Below the pieces are notes generated by a model. That model made no database searches. It had not been told where the DNA came from and saw only the letters and a program-made list of their open reading frames with translations. A program made the translations under genes and the position numbers. Shown piece after piece: positions 27,626 to 40,967 of a DNA stretch of 64,000 bases. This DNA is from Octopus vulgaris (lineage: Eukaryota). The stretch covers positions 96,720,001 through 96,784,000 of the forward strand of contig OX597819.1 in the NCBI GenBank assembly GCA_951406725.2, given 5' to 3'. How positions within the stretch are numbered: the stretch's first letter is position 1; every line of letters starts with the position of its first letter.

Positions 27626-27779
27626 ATTTTAGAGACAAGTGCGTCATTGTCGTTGGAGTCGTAGAATTATGTTCGTACGTGACGTATCCGTTGTGCGGAT
27701 GTCGTTTGTTGTTTCTGAGGTTACTTTAGTGTTTCGACTATTTGTTGTTCAGGGTGATGGTTGTGTAGATTGTGGGCTG

Positions 27780-28190
27780 TGCGAGAATATGCAGTGTGTG
27801 TAGAATATCCGCCATCAGTAGAGCATATGCCGTATGTCGTGTAAGCGCCATCAATAGATTATCTGCTATGCATTGATTATGTGCTGTGCATTATGTATGT
27901 GTTACATGTAGAATATACGCCATCAATAGAGTATGTGTGAAGAGTATGTGCTATCTATAGTGTATGTATTGTATTGCGTTGTATGAAGAGTGTCATGTGT
28001 AGAGTATATGGTCTCTGTAGAATATGAGCCATTGTATAGAGCATGTACCGCATATAGAGTATGTGTACCGTGTGTAGAATATGCACTGTGTGTAAAGTAT
28101 GGGCTCTGTTGATTCTGTGTCGTACTATGGAGGGTATCTATTGTGTTGTTCCACAGTATTGTAACTGTAGAACGTATGTGGTGTAGAATA
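27780..28190. repeat. Degenerate ~18-bp minisatellite (TAGARTAT-N10)
   Basis: Units such as TAGAATATCCGCCATCAG, TAGAGCATATGCCGTATG, TAGAATATACGCCATCAA and TAGAATATGCACTGTGTG. Confidence 0.7.
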
Positions 28191-28511
28191 ATTTACCAAT
28201 CAGTCTGAGGAGTGGACAGTAGCTTTACAACGCCTACAAGGTGTATGAAGGAGGAAAGAATCCTAGAGTCCTGGCTCTAGAAATTGCAACAGTGTAAGCT
28301 CTGCTGAAGGTACCCAATGATCAAATGTTGGTATTACACCGTACACCAGATTAAATCTACTCACCAAGTAAGCCATAGCGAGTTTTGTATTTGGTTCACA
28401 AAGAGCCGGAACTTATAACCCAAGATATTTCGTCCGGATCTTTAACGATTCTATCAATCCACCACCCTAAAATAGTACTTTATTTCAACGACTACGAAAG
28501 GATGAAAGGTA

Positions 28512-28912
28512 CTTACTTGTACTTGTGGCGACATTCACCCTGGGCGGGTTGAGCCGGCTTCTTCCACCACCCTCGAGGCATCTCGAACCATGGCAATGGA
28601 AGAAGTTTCGTGGGAATATGAATTTCACAAGCGGTCCCCAACAATCCCGCATGTAGAGACATCATGTTTGCCGCAGATTGTCCGCAGACGCAGGGACAGA
28701 ACGACCGAGGAGCCGCCGGTTGCCGAAACAGACACTCCGAGGATTTTCACCAGAGGCCCGTCTGCCGGGTTGTGGCCCTAATACCACTCGGTGTCAGACG
28801 AATCCGCCTTGGGTGGCCCTACCAGGAACCGAAGTTCCCGACGGCATAGCTCTGACACTACCCGTTGCCAGCGTCCCCACCACGGTGAGGAGGGGATGGA
28901 CTTTGGGGACGC
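28512..28912 (-). mobile_element. 401-bp non-autonomous RTE-derived retroposon (5' end fused to 3' end) nested in a family B SINE
   Basis: Perfect 15-bp TSD AAAGGATGAAAGGTA (28497-28511 and 28913-28927). RTE-type 5' block GAGCTATGCCGTCGGG...CCTGGTAGGGCCACCCAAGGC. RTE-type 3' end with (CAAGTA)n tail. Confidence 0.85.
28825..28912 (-). ncRNA. Candidate HDV-like ribozyme at the 5' end of the RTE-derived element
   Basis: P1 GCGUCCCC/GGGGACGC starts at the first base of the element. P3/L3 CC-UCACCGU-GG and P1.1 CA/UG are present. P2 and J4/2 are not unambiguously assigned. Confidence 0.45.
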
Positions 28913-29882
28913 AAAGGATGAAAGGTAAGGTTTACTGGCATTTAAACTCAGAATGTCAGGAGCCACCATAAATATTGGCTGGTGGTGTTGCAGAGTTGAA
29001 TTATAGACTAAGTCAAAATCGGATTAACGGCTTGTTTGAAGGAAACTAATGGGTGTTATTATAAATTATAGTTTATGGCGTTAACAAGAAGGAAAAGTTA
29101 GAATCTGCAGAAAACAACAGAGTAGAATGAAAACTGGTTATGAAGTTTGATGTGTTTTTTAAAGATAGTGATGGTTATGTCTACAATGAGCTTGTGGTAA
29201 GGATGGCTTTGGACTATTTCTTTACTGTTAGACAGCAATGTGTTATCAGAGTTAAAATGTGCTCTGGCGTTTGGGAGAACGAAAGAGATCAACCGGTTGC
29301 GGAAGATCGAAATATAATGCGACAACAAAACCACAAGCTATTTTCAATCGGATCGAGATTGATTAGTGGTGCCCATTCTCAAACAGATGAGTGACATTTC
29401 CCCGCAGATCAGAATCGGTAATGCTGACAAAAGATTCGAACTAGAGGAATAACCTAGCTTGAGGTCCATAACTCTCCTAAACGTTTCTGTTCGATGTAAT
29501 TGTGCGACATGGCAAAGAAAGCCACCCACCTCATGTGATATATAGAGACTAGCCCTCTTTTCGATGTTTTCCTCATCTATTAGTGAGTAGATCTGTTCAG
29601 ATCTATTCTCGATGATGGCGTCATAAATTTGTATAGGTCGATACCATTCAACAATGAAGACCATTTAACTATTCATTTTTCGGAGAATAAGTATAACCAC
29701 ACCTTATCGCCATATTGATATTCAACGATATTCCATCTCTTTATAAATCATTGGATATTTCTATTGCAATATACAATTTTTAATATATATTTTATTTGCC
29801 TCCGTCAATGCATCCGTCCATCCATCTATCCATCCCCCCACATATATATACATACATACACACACATATATGATATATATAT

Positions 29883-30000
<118 letters not shown>

Positions 30001-30071
30001 AAACACATATATAAGTAACGCATATATAGAGAGAGACAGATAGAAAGAGAGAGACAGACAGAAAGACAGAC

Positions 30072-30128
<57 letters not shown>

Positions 30129-30724
30129 CGCAGATGATTGTTGTTGCAAAAGGTATTCTCCACGAGTGAGATAATGAGAAGAGGGAGAGAGAGAGAGAAA
30201 GTGGGGAGAGTAAATGTAGAACAGGTAAATTAAATTTCTCTGTACATATTTGGTAAACTCGCAGCTGGACGTGGAAACATGTTTCCCTACCCGTAATAGA
30301 GCACAAAATTTATCAAATGATAGTGTTAGAGTATCTCATACTGACTAATGACCACTGGTCTAACAACACTGCTCTGTGCTAAAATGTTGTTGACCAACAG
30401 GCAAAACTAAGAATTCTAACAGCGGGAGGGAAAAGCATCCCCGGATTTCTACGATGAAAAACTGAACTTTGAATTAACTAATAAATTATATCTGAATTCT
30501 ACAGAATCGTTTAAAAATCTGCTTGGCACCGTTTTTGCTATGATGCCAACTGACTCTAAACTACCAGTCTTAGCTTCTCTTAAAAACAGACATTTAACAA
30601 TGGTTGGTTTGATGCCAGGATTAATTTCCTCGGCGAATTCTATAGAACTTTTACAGAGAATAACATAAAAACAATCAAAAACAAACACAAACACACACAC
30701 GCACACACACACACACACACACAA

Positions 30725-30760
<36 letters not shown>

Positions 30761-30869
30761 ACGCACATACACACGAACGCACACAGATGTGTATACATAC
30801 AATACGTATTCAAATGTACACATACACATTGTAAACATGCCACATACAGTCATATATGTGTATATATAT

Positions 30870-31089
30870 ATATTCACGTGTAAAAATATATATGTGTGTG
30901 TGTATACATTTACTATACAAGTGAACATTTCATTATATGCATGTATATTATATGCATGTATATATATTTATACTTATATACACACATACATACATACATA
31001 CATACATACACACGTATAATATACCTATATGTATGTATGCATCTATGTATGTATGTATGTATGTATGTATGTATGTATGTATGTATGTA

Positions 31090-31121
<32 letters not shown>

Positions 31122-31181
31122 CCTCTATAGCATGTACTGAGCACACCTCATTCGTTCACCATAAAATAACGAACATATATG

Positions 31182-31279
<98 letters not shown>

Positions 31280-31859
31280 GAGAGGAGGAGAGAGAGAGAG
31301 AGAAAATGAGGCAAGAGAGCGCGGGGGTGGCTGTATCATCGTCAGTGAATTCTAATAAATATTATTGAAGCAATTTGTGTAACAACATTGAGGTAGAGTA
31401 AGAGAGAACGGAATGTAGCACGGCGGTGATGGTGTCGGTGGCGTTGTTGGTAGTGGTGGAAGATGAGGAGGAAGAAGAAGAAGAAGAAGAAGAAGAAGAA
31501 GAAGAAGAAGAAGAAGAAGAAGAAGAAGAAGAAGAAGAAGAAGAAGAAGAAGAAGAAGAAGAAGAAGAAGAAGAAGATTAACGACAACAACAAATGAATG
31601 AATGAAAAAGATAAGGTTATACGTAATACGTTATGTGGGGATATTACATGCCTGTATATATACATACGCACATTTACAACCATACAGTCATATGTTGGTA
31701 TATGCCTGTATGGAACATACTCGATATACGCACACCTTCATATATATGTATGTGAGTGTGTGTGTGTGTCTGTGTGTGTGTTTCTGTGAGAGTGTGAATG
31801 TGTTTGTTAGTATATATATATATATATACATGTGTGTATGTATGTATGTTTGTATGCTT

Positions 31860-31909
<50 letters not shown>

Positions 31910-32562
31910 GTAGCAGTGAAAAGCTGTGCCTGTAGCTAAATCTTGCCACATAGCTGCTTGCTTTCTATTCTGTTCTATGTTCCTGGTAGAAAATGTTTAC
32001 GAAGCTCTAATCAGAACGAGACGTCGATAAGAACAGCAAATCTCTTATTGATTTCTCTGAGAGCAATTTATAATCCAATTGCTTGAGCTGACTAGATCGG
32101 AAAGATAAACATACCCTCCCTACTAATGTTATTAACTTGTCTTTCACATAGTGACCGTCCTTGCTTGCAAATGAGACAAATCTTCAGAACTATTTATCAA
32201 TGGAGAGCCAAACCTATACCGCATAGAATATATAGATACATACATACATACATAAAGACAGACAGGCAGAGAGATATACAGATAGACATGCATGAATACG
32301 TGCATACAAACATAATACTGGCACATATACACACACACATATATTCACGTGTAAAAATATATATGTGTGTGTGTATACATTTACTATACAAGTGAACATT
32401 TCATTATATGCATGTATATTATATGCATGTATATATATTTATACTTATATACACACATACATACATACATACATACATACACACGTATAATATACCTATA
32501 TGTATGTATGCATCTATGTATGTATGTATGTATGTATGTATGTATGTATGTATGTATGTATG

Positions 32563-32623
<61 letters not shown>

Positions 32624-32682
32624 TCTATAGCATGTACTGAGCAACACCTCATTCGTTCACCATAAAATAACGAACATATATG

Positions 32683-32774
<92 letters not shown>

Positions 32775-33343
32775 GAGGATGAGAGAGAGAGAGAAAATGA
32801 GGCAAGAGAGCGCGGGGGTGGCTGTATCATCGTCAGTGAATTCTAATAAATATTATTGAAGCAATTTGTGTAACAACATTGAGGTAGAGTAAGAGAGAAC
32901 GGAATGTAGCACGGCGGTGATGGTGTCGGTGGCGTTGTTGGTAGTGGTGGAAGATGAGGAGGAAGAAGAAGAAGAAGAAGAAGAAGAAGAAGAAGAAGAA
33001 GAAGAAGAAGAAGAAGAAGAAGAAGAAGAAGAAGAAGAAGAAGAAGAAGAAGAAGAAGAAGAGAAGAGATTAACGACAACAACAAATGAATGAATGAAAA
33101 AGATAAGGTTATACGTAATACGTTATGTGGGGATATTACATGCCTGTATATATACATACGCACATTTACAACCATACAGTCATATGTTGGTATATGCCTG
33201 TATGGAACATACTCGATATACGCACACCTTCATATATATGTATGTGAGTGTGTGTGTGTGTCTGTGTGTGTGTTTGTGCGAGTGTGAATGTACGTATATA
33301 TATATATATATACATGTGTGTATGTATGTATGTTTGTATGCTT

Positions 33344-33399
<56 letters not shown>

Positions 33400-33810
33400 G
33401 TAGCAGTGAAAAGCTGTGCCTGTAGCTAAATCTTGCCACATAGCTGCTTGCTTTCTATTCTGTTCTATGTTCCTGGTAGAAAATGTTTACGAAGCTCTAA
33501 TCAGAACGAGACGTCGATAAGAACAGCAAATCTCTTATTGATTTCTCTGAGAGCAATTTATAATCCAATTGCTTGAGCTGACTAGATCGGAAAGATAAAC
33601 ATACCCTCCCTACTAATGTTATTAACTTGTCTTTCACATAGTGACCGTCCTTGCTTGCAAATGAGACAAATCTTCAGAACTATTTATCAATGGAGAGCCA
33701 AACCTATACCGCATAGAATATATAGATACATACATACATACAGACAGACAGGCAGAGAGATATACAGATAGACATGCATGAATACGTGCATACAAACATA
33801 ATACTCACAG
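30870..33810 (+). repeat. ~1.47-kb direct tandem duplication (30870-32340 and 32341-33810)
   Basis: Unique segments are essentially identical in both copies; differences lie mainly in microsatellite lengths. Confidence 0.95.
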
Positions 33811-33842
33811 GCACATACACGCACACACACACACACACATAC

Positions 33843-33914
<72 letters not shown>

Positions 33915-33993
33915 CGTGTATGTGTATGCATCCTTTCATTAATTTGGACCTGAATGTTATAGTTACGATTAAAAAATATCTTCATCTAAGAAA

Positions 33994-34027
<34 letters not shown>

Positions 34028-34217
34028 TCTAGATTATGTATTGAGTACATTATTCCTTTTCAATAAAAACATTTATTTACCAATACATTCTTATATCTAT
34101 ACATACATTGAAATATACTTACAAGCATATGTAATCTTATATATGTATTTGTGTGTGTATGTTTGTGTATGTATACATATGTATATGATTATATACATTA
34201 TCTATCTATCCATTTAT

Positions 34218-34333
<116 letters not shown>

Positions 34334-36267
34334 GAACACAGACACGCACTTATGCCACCAACATTTCATTTATGAAATCTGGATTTCTATTTTCAAATGA
34401 AAACGGCAATTCTTCATTTTTTAGCTTCAAAGTTCTGAATATTAAGCGAGATTGCCCTACTAGACAATGTTGATGTTTTATACGGAAGTGATGCAGAAGT
34501 ATTGTAGAATACGTCGGCATATCTTGCAGTATTCACTATACTTGGTTGTGCAGCCAGCTAAAATCTGATTACAGAGAAAGCAATTCTATAGAATGTATTT
34601 GTCGTATTTTTACTTAGATATGACTCTATATTTCGTTTTTATTCAAATGAAATTCTGCAGATAGGAAAGTCTAAAGAAAAGATCAAAATTCTAAGATAAT
34701 CTTGAATCAAAGAAACAACCAATGAAAAAAAATAAATATAAAGTGGAAAAGAAAATCAGACTCAGATACGTACACTCAAACAGACTCAGATATGTAGATA
34801 CATGCACGTCTCAATACATATACACATATGCACAGGCACAAACAATCATGCATATATGTATATAATATATATGTATATTATACACATATATGTATATAAT
34901 ACACATACTCACACACACACGCACATACGCACGCGCATATGTGTGTATTTGTGTGTGTGTGTGTGAAATTCCATACAAAATACATAAATTCACATACATA
35001 CGCAGGTATGTTGAAGTTGTTTGTTGGTGTCTGTTTATCTGATTCTCTAGCTCTACTTAACATGCTGTTATAATTCTGCTCTACGTAATCCATTCAGGGC
35101 TGTAGATTTCAGTTTTTTTTCTTCTTTTCTTTTAATATCTAAAGCTAATCCTCATATAGAAGGTATTCTATAACTAATTCAATAAAATCTGGTGTCTAGC
35201 AAAACTTTAAACCATAATGAAATTGTGTTTCTTTTTTTGTTTTCTTTGAGGACAACACTCGGATGTAACTTTGAACCCGATGTTCGGTTGAAAGCTCAAT
35301 ATTTGTTAATCTGAGGTCTGACTTAGTATGGAGCGCAGCGGTTCAGTGATTCATGAAGTATTTCAAACCTTCTATTGTTTAGTTCGAGTTTTATCATTGC
35401 CTTATAGACAAAGCCCTGGATCAGTTACGTTGTATGAGTATTTTGAGTTGGCTACTTCTAGCATCTTACCTAGACATCATTGAGAAGTCTGGAGTTAAAC
35501 TGTCACTTTGAGCGTAGAACCTCGACCTGGATCTGATGGTAATAGACCCCAAATCTGGAGTTAAACTTAGCATTTGATTCATTACGGAATGGTAAGATTT
35601 CAACTCGAGAATGTAAACTAGGAAATTAGCTCAGTCAACTAAACGTTTTGTTCGTATTCTTTGTTATTAAATATGTCCAGTGCCTGGTCATCCACAGTTA
35701 AACACTTTACTGGGATACGAAATCTTAGTCCTTCTGTGTAGGTCAGCCTCTTTAAGGTCTTAAGATTATTAAAGAATTCTGAGACGGTTAACATAGATTG
35801 TTATGGAACTCATAAGAATTTTGAATTTGAACTTTATATGATTTACTGACAATTAATACATCATAATATATGATGCATTCATTGTCAGTATTTATTATGA
35901 TGTATTAACTATTAGTCGTAGTTAATACATCATAATATATTAATCGTAGTTATGACAGTTGTGCATTACAATATACATGTCTAATTTTGTGGGTAGAGTG
36001 TTTCTTCTTAACAATTATGCCCGTTCTAACATCCTCAGTAATACATCACCAACTTCCTCCACTGTAGCTACGAATTCAGTTGCACTTAAATATTAGTCTC
36101 AAGGAAGAACAACTGCCCACAGAACTTCCAGATCTTTCTAAGCTAAGGAAGAGGAATAGTTTAGGACAAGATTAATCTTGTAAATATTGATTTTTGAAGT
36201 TCAGTGGTTGATGTTGAAATTGGAGGGGGAAGAAGTTATAAAAAATGGAACGGCACAAATAATTGAA

Positions 36268-36388
36268 CCTGTGTGGTTAAACTTCGCAACCATGTAATTT
36301 GGGTAAGTGTCTTCTTCTATAACCCCGGGCTAACCTATGCCGTGTGATTGAATTTGTTTGATGGAAACCGTGTGGAAGCCCCGTCGTA
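36268..36388 (+). mobile_element. Family A SINE fragment
   Basis: TTGGGTAAGTGTCTTCTTCTATAACCCCGGGC...GGAAACCGTGTGGAAGCCCCGTCGTATA. Confidence 0.7.
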
Positions 36389-36404
36389 TACACACACATA
36401 CACA

Positions 36405-36511
<107 letters not shown>

Positions 36512-36713
36512 AGATATATATTGTGTGTGTGTGTATGTGCGTGTGGAAGAGCGTATACTCGAAACATTAAAGGCTTCTAATTTTCCTCAGCGTCAAACTA
36601 TTACACCCTTTTTGTTTCATTATCTCATATTCACGTATCTTTTTAATTTTCGCTCCATACACACACACACACACAGACACACACACACACACACAGAGAC
36701 ACACACACACACA

Positions 36714-36751
<38 letters not shown>

Positions 36752-36925
36752 TGTAACCCATATATTTATATACATACATTTATACAGATACGTACATATA
36801 TACATAATGGTTAAATATCCGACATGACACCCAATCGCTTTCTCACTCGGATACCAATATTTATCTCCTAGATCCAATTTTTTCTGCTATATTCCTTTTT
36901 AAATTCCTTGTATTATGTTTTCCTT

Positions 36926-37032
36926 CTTTCCAGCACTGAAGAGTACGTTGATATTTAATTAATTTAATTTAGTTCAGTCATGAATCTATATTATTATTAT
37001 TATATCTTTGTACGAAACGATCGTCTGAAAGA
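36926..37032 (+). ncRNA. Type I hammerhead-like fold with long AT-rich stem II insertion
   Basis: CUGAAGA (36936-42), GUAC...63 nt...GUAC, GAAA-CGAUCG-UC (palindromic stem III, GUC site). Stem I is weak: CA/UG plus bulged UCUUU/AAAGA. Confidence 0.55.
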
Positions 37033-37514
37033 ATTAAACTTATATATTTTAACAACTTGTCTCCTCCATTTTTAACAAAATTGATGGGATTTATGGAACT
37101 TCATTCTATAAATTCCCCATACATGTTATATATATATATATATATATATATAAGTATGTTGAGATAAACAAGAAAAATAGAACTCAAAATATGAGTATAT
37201 GTATATTTTTATTAATATTTGACAGAAGTAGCCTAGTGACTCAAGGTCCGAGCTCACACTCGCTTCGGTTCAGAGACATGATATTGATAAACCACAAAAA
37301 TGGGATATATTTCTATCCATCACTTCTGAATGGGATAAAAGGCGAGTTGTCTCGCCTGTCTATGACTTTCGAGTGTTTCAACGCCCAGTGTTTTGAGAGA
37401 GTCAGTCTCACTGTGCTAAACTGTAGCGTACCGGCGACCAAGCAAAACACATACATCGAATATGAGCCATCAATAATGTTTACAACAGTAGTGCTGATTC
37501 TAATTCATAATTGA

Positions 37515-37565
<51 letters not shown>

Positions 37566-38845
37566 AAGTGGTGTACAGATACTGTATATTGAGAAAAAGG
37601 AGGCAGTCAGAATTTTGGATAATTCTTTATTACCGCTTTCTTTCGTTTATCGAATTCGTCAAGACAAAATGAAAGTCAAAGTGGTAAAAAAATAAACGTT
37701 TCCTTGTTCATTTATATGAATCGGATGCTTTTTTGTTTTGTTTAGAAGATTAGAATATTGTTTTTGTTTTTTAAAGAAGGGGGAGAGAGAGAGAAAGAAA
37801 GCCAAAGAGGGGGAAATAGAGAGAGAGGTTTCAGAACAATCAAGAAAAAAGAGAAAAAATAATAAAGGAAGGGAGAAGAGATAGATAGAGAGAGAGAGAA
37901 AAAAAGAAAAAGAGGGAGAGAGAGAGTATAAGGTTTCTTTTCAATTTGATATGGTCAGTTCATTCAAATTTCATTACAAGCCATTTATCTTTTTTTCTTT
38001 CTCCTTTCTTTCTTTTTCTTTTTCCATTGTTTTTCGGAATTTGGGTCATTTCTTGAACATTTGTAAAAGACTATCAACATATTTGTAAATAATTACATTT
38101 TCTCATAAGGGCTGGTGATCCTTCAAAGATCTTAATTTTAGGAAGTAGGAAAAAATAAGAAAAGCGAGGAGGGTGCTTTCCTCACTGAAAAATTAAAAAA
38201 AAAAGAGTTCGAAGTTCAAAAGCCCATGAAAATGTATATTCTTTTACACTTGAATAGCCAAGTCCCATATTCTGTGTAATTCCAATGTTTTACATGGACA
38301 AACATTAAATATTCGTACATTATTCATAAATTAGGAAAATAAAGTCAGAATAAAATAAAATAAATAAAGTCAGAATAAAATAAATAATTCTCCATGTACA
38401 TTTAATCAAACATCATAAACTGAGTTTTGTATGTACATTGTATATTTAGCTGGAAGCCACTCTCTAGGATATAAATCTTATAATAAGGCAGGGCCTGCTT
38501 AAATATATATTTGGGGGTATCATTCGTCTTTTTTGTAGGATTTATTTATATTTTTCTTGCCTGCTTAAATAAGATAATTCAAAAGAGCTCTTTTTCACAA
38601 ATTACTTTGCCGAGTAGCTACACTTGATATCCTTCCTAACCAGTGGTAAAATGGTTCTAGTATTCTTTCTCAGGTTTATGTAAGTTCTATAAGAACATCA
38701 GTTGCCAAAATCCCAATGTTATATATATATATGATCATTTATAGAGATGAGTGTCACGTCATTAACATTGGACTCACATTCAGAAACAAAAGTAATAGTG
38801 TAATATAAATGTTTTCTCTTCATCCATCACCATTACTATTAGAAA

Positions 38846-38852
38846 AATGATG

Positions 38853-38913
<61 letters not shown>

Positions 38914-38921
38914 TAATAATA

Positions 38922-38952
<31 letters not shown>

Positions 38953-39032
38953 TAGTAATAACAATAATAATAATAGTAATAATAATAATAATAGTAATAG
39001 TAATAATAATAATAGTAATAGTAATAGTAATG

Positions 39033-39065
<33 letters not shown>

Positions 39066-39090
39066 GTAATAGTAATAGTAATAATAATAA

Positions 39091-39143
<53 letters not shown>

Positions 39144-39214
39144 ATAATGATAATAATAAAAATAACAATAACAATAACAACAACAACAACAACAACAACA
39201 ACAATAACAATAAC

Positions 39215-39270
<56 letters not shown>

Positions 39271-39286
39271 TAATAATAATAATAAT
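38846..39286. repeat. Long (AAT)n/(AGT)n/(AAC)n compound microsatellite
   Basis: Directly visible. Confidence 0.95.
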
Positions 39287-39295
39287 GTACTTCCT

Positions 39296-40146
39296 CTGCT
39301 TCTTTTTCAAACAATTTTGCAGAGAATTTTTGACGAAGCCTAGCTCCATTGCTTTTCGGAATTTTGGGTCATCTCTTGAACATTTGTAAAAGAGTAAGAT
39401 TTTGAACTTTCCTTCACCGCATGTTCCTAGATGTTTGCTCAGTGGAATCTTGCGCAATTCCTCTTGTCGGATGTGTTGTCTGTGGATTTTTGCACGTTGG
39501 CAGAGGGAATTGCTTGTTTTGCCAATGTAATTTCCCTTGCAGTTGGGGCAAGTAATGCAGTATATGAGAATGAGATTCTTTGTCTTGCAGTTCATATCTG
39601 CATTTACTTTGAACGAGAATCCGCCCTTGAATTTTATGTGGGAACCACTTTCTTATGTTTTTAAAGTTGGTGTTGTTGCATGTTCCACATCAGCTATCTA
39701 CGCATTCATTCTCTGATTCATTCTCTGATGTGAATTTTGCTCTTGTGAGGTGCTTTCTTTTTAGGTTTTTTGTTAATGTCTGCTATTTCGTAAGGTGTTT
39801 TTATCAATCAGATTTTTCATTTTGGGGCTTTGTAGAAGTATAGGTAGGTTTGATTTTTATGATGTGAAAGATGAAGCCCCGGGATTGTGCGTATTAATAA
39901 ATGGAATCGTGTGTCCATTATTTTTTTCTTTCGTGTCCTTTGTGTGATGTTCAGCTTCATCGCCTTTTTAATTCCCTCGTTTATTAATCCTAAGGAGTAT
40001 TTTTGCTTTGTTAAGAAGTCTTTGAGCTCGTTGAGTTGGATTTGACGAATTTTGGTACAGATACGTTTTGCCATGCTCTATGGGATGTTCCTTTTGATGT
40101 ATGAGGGATGGCAAGAGGAGAAATTCAAATATTAGTGCGTGTCCGT
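39296..40146 (-). mobile_element. Penelope-like element remnant: RT thumb, linker and GIY-YIG endonuclease
   Basis: YLNFSSCHPSYIKRNIP.SMAKRI...LKDFLTKQKYS, then NCKTKNL..IYCITCPNCKGNYIGKT...RAKIH...HL...RKAME. Frameshifted. Confidence 0.9.
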
Positions 40147-40243
40147 TATATATATATATATATGCCGGTCACAGTCTAATGATGCTGACTGGTGAACCAG
40201 TTTTGGGGGCTGCATCGAGCTGTACCGATATAATGTAGGATAA

Positions 40244-40319
<76 letters not shown>

Positions 40320-40967
40320 AAATTTTTTTAAATGATGATGCTAAGATTCTCTCTGGTCGAACACAACTTCTCTATTCACAAACAATACAGAACAGCCCTT
40401 CCTTAATTTTTCTTAAGCCTAATAGTAGTAAACATCTGAACTTTTTTTGACCGATAGGACCCCACCTAAAAATAAAAAAAATTAAAATATCACTGATGGT
40501 GATGATGATAATAATGATAGTAATAGTGCTGATAATCTATCTATCTATCTACACACACACACACTCAACGAGTTCAACCAACACAAAGAAAGTATTATTT
40601 GACAGGCAAGAACTCTGGTGTTGAAGACAGTCAGCCAGCCAACCACCAAGCCAGCCAACGAGACAGACAGACACTACTGTGATGGTGATAATGATAAAAA
40701 ACAAAAATAACAATAATAAGATACTGCTGTGACTACACATAAAACAATATCATTGATGATGATGGTGGTGATGGTGATGGTGATGATGATAATGATGATG
40801 GTAATGGTGGTGATAATGATGATAGTGATGGTAATGGTGATGATAATAATAATAATAAGCCGACTACGGCTGCTATAATGGTACGATTATAATTGTAACG
40901 GCAATGATGGCCATCTCCCCACGAGCCAATCAAAGCTAAAAAATGATAACATTATCGTAGCACCAAA

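Noticed and set aside
27722-27756. Minus-strand CUGAACA...GUCGAAACAC hammerhead-like remnant
   Set aside because: C3/C8 mismatch and no stem I; too decayed to call.
27780-28190. CRISPR-like array
   Set aside because: Eukaryotic context, 8-bp conserved part, related rather than unique spacers, and no cas genes.
29098-29664. ORFs resembling a transposase C-terminus
   Set aside because: Only vague similarity; no catalytic motif or TIR seen.
40859-40960. HDV-like ribozyme at the Dong 5' end
   Set aside because: CTCCCCACGAG and GCTAA are suggestive, but I could not build consistent P1 and P2 helices.
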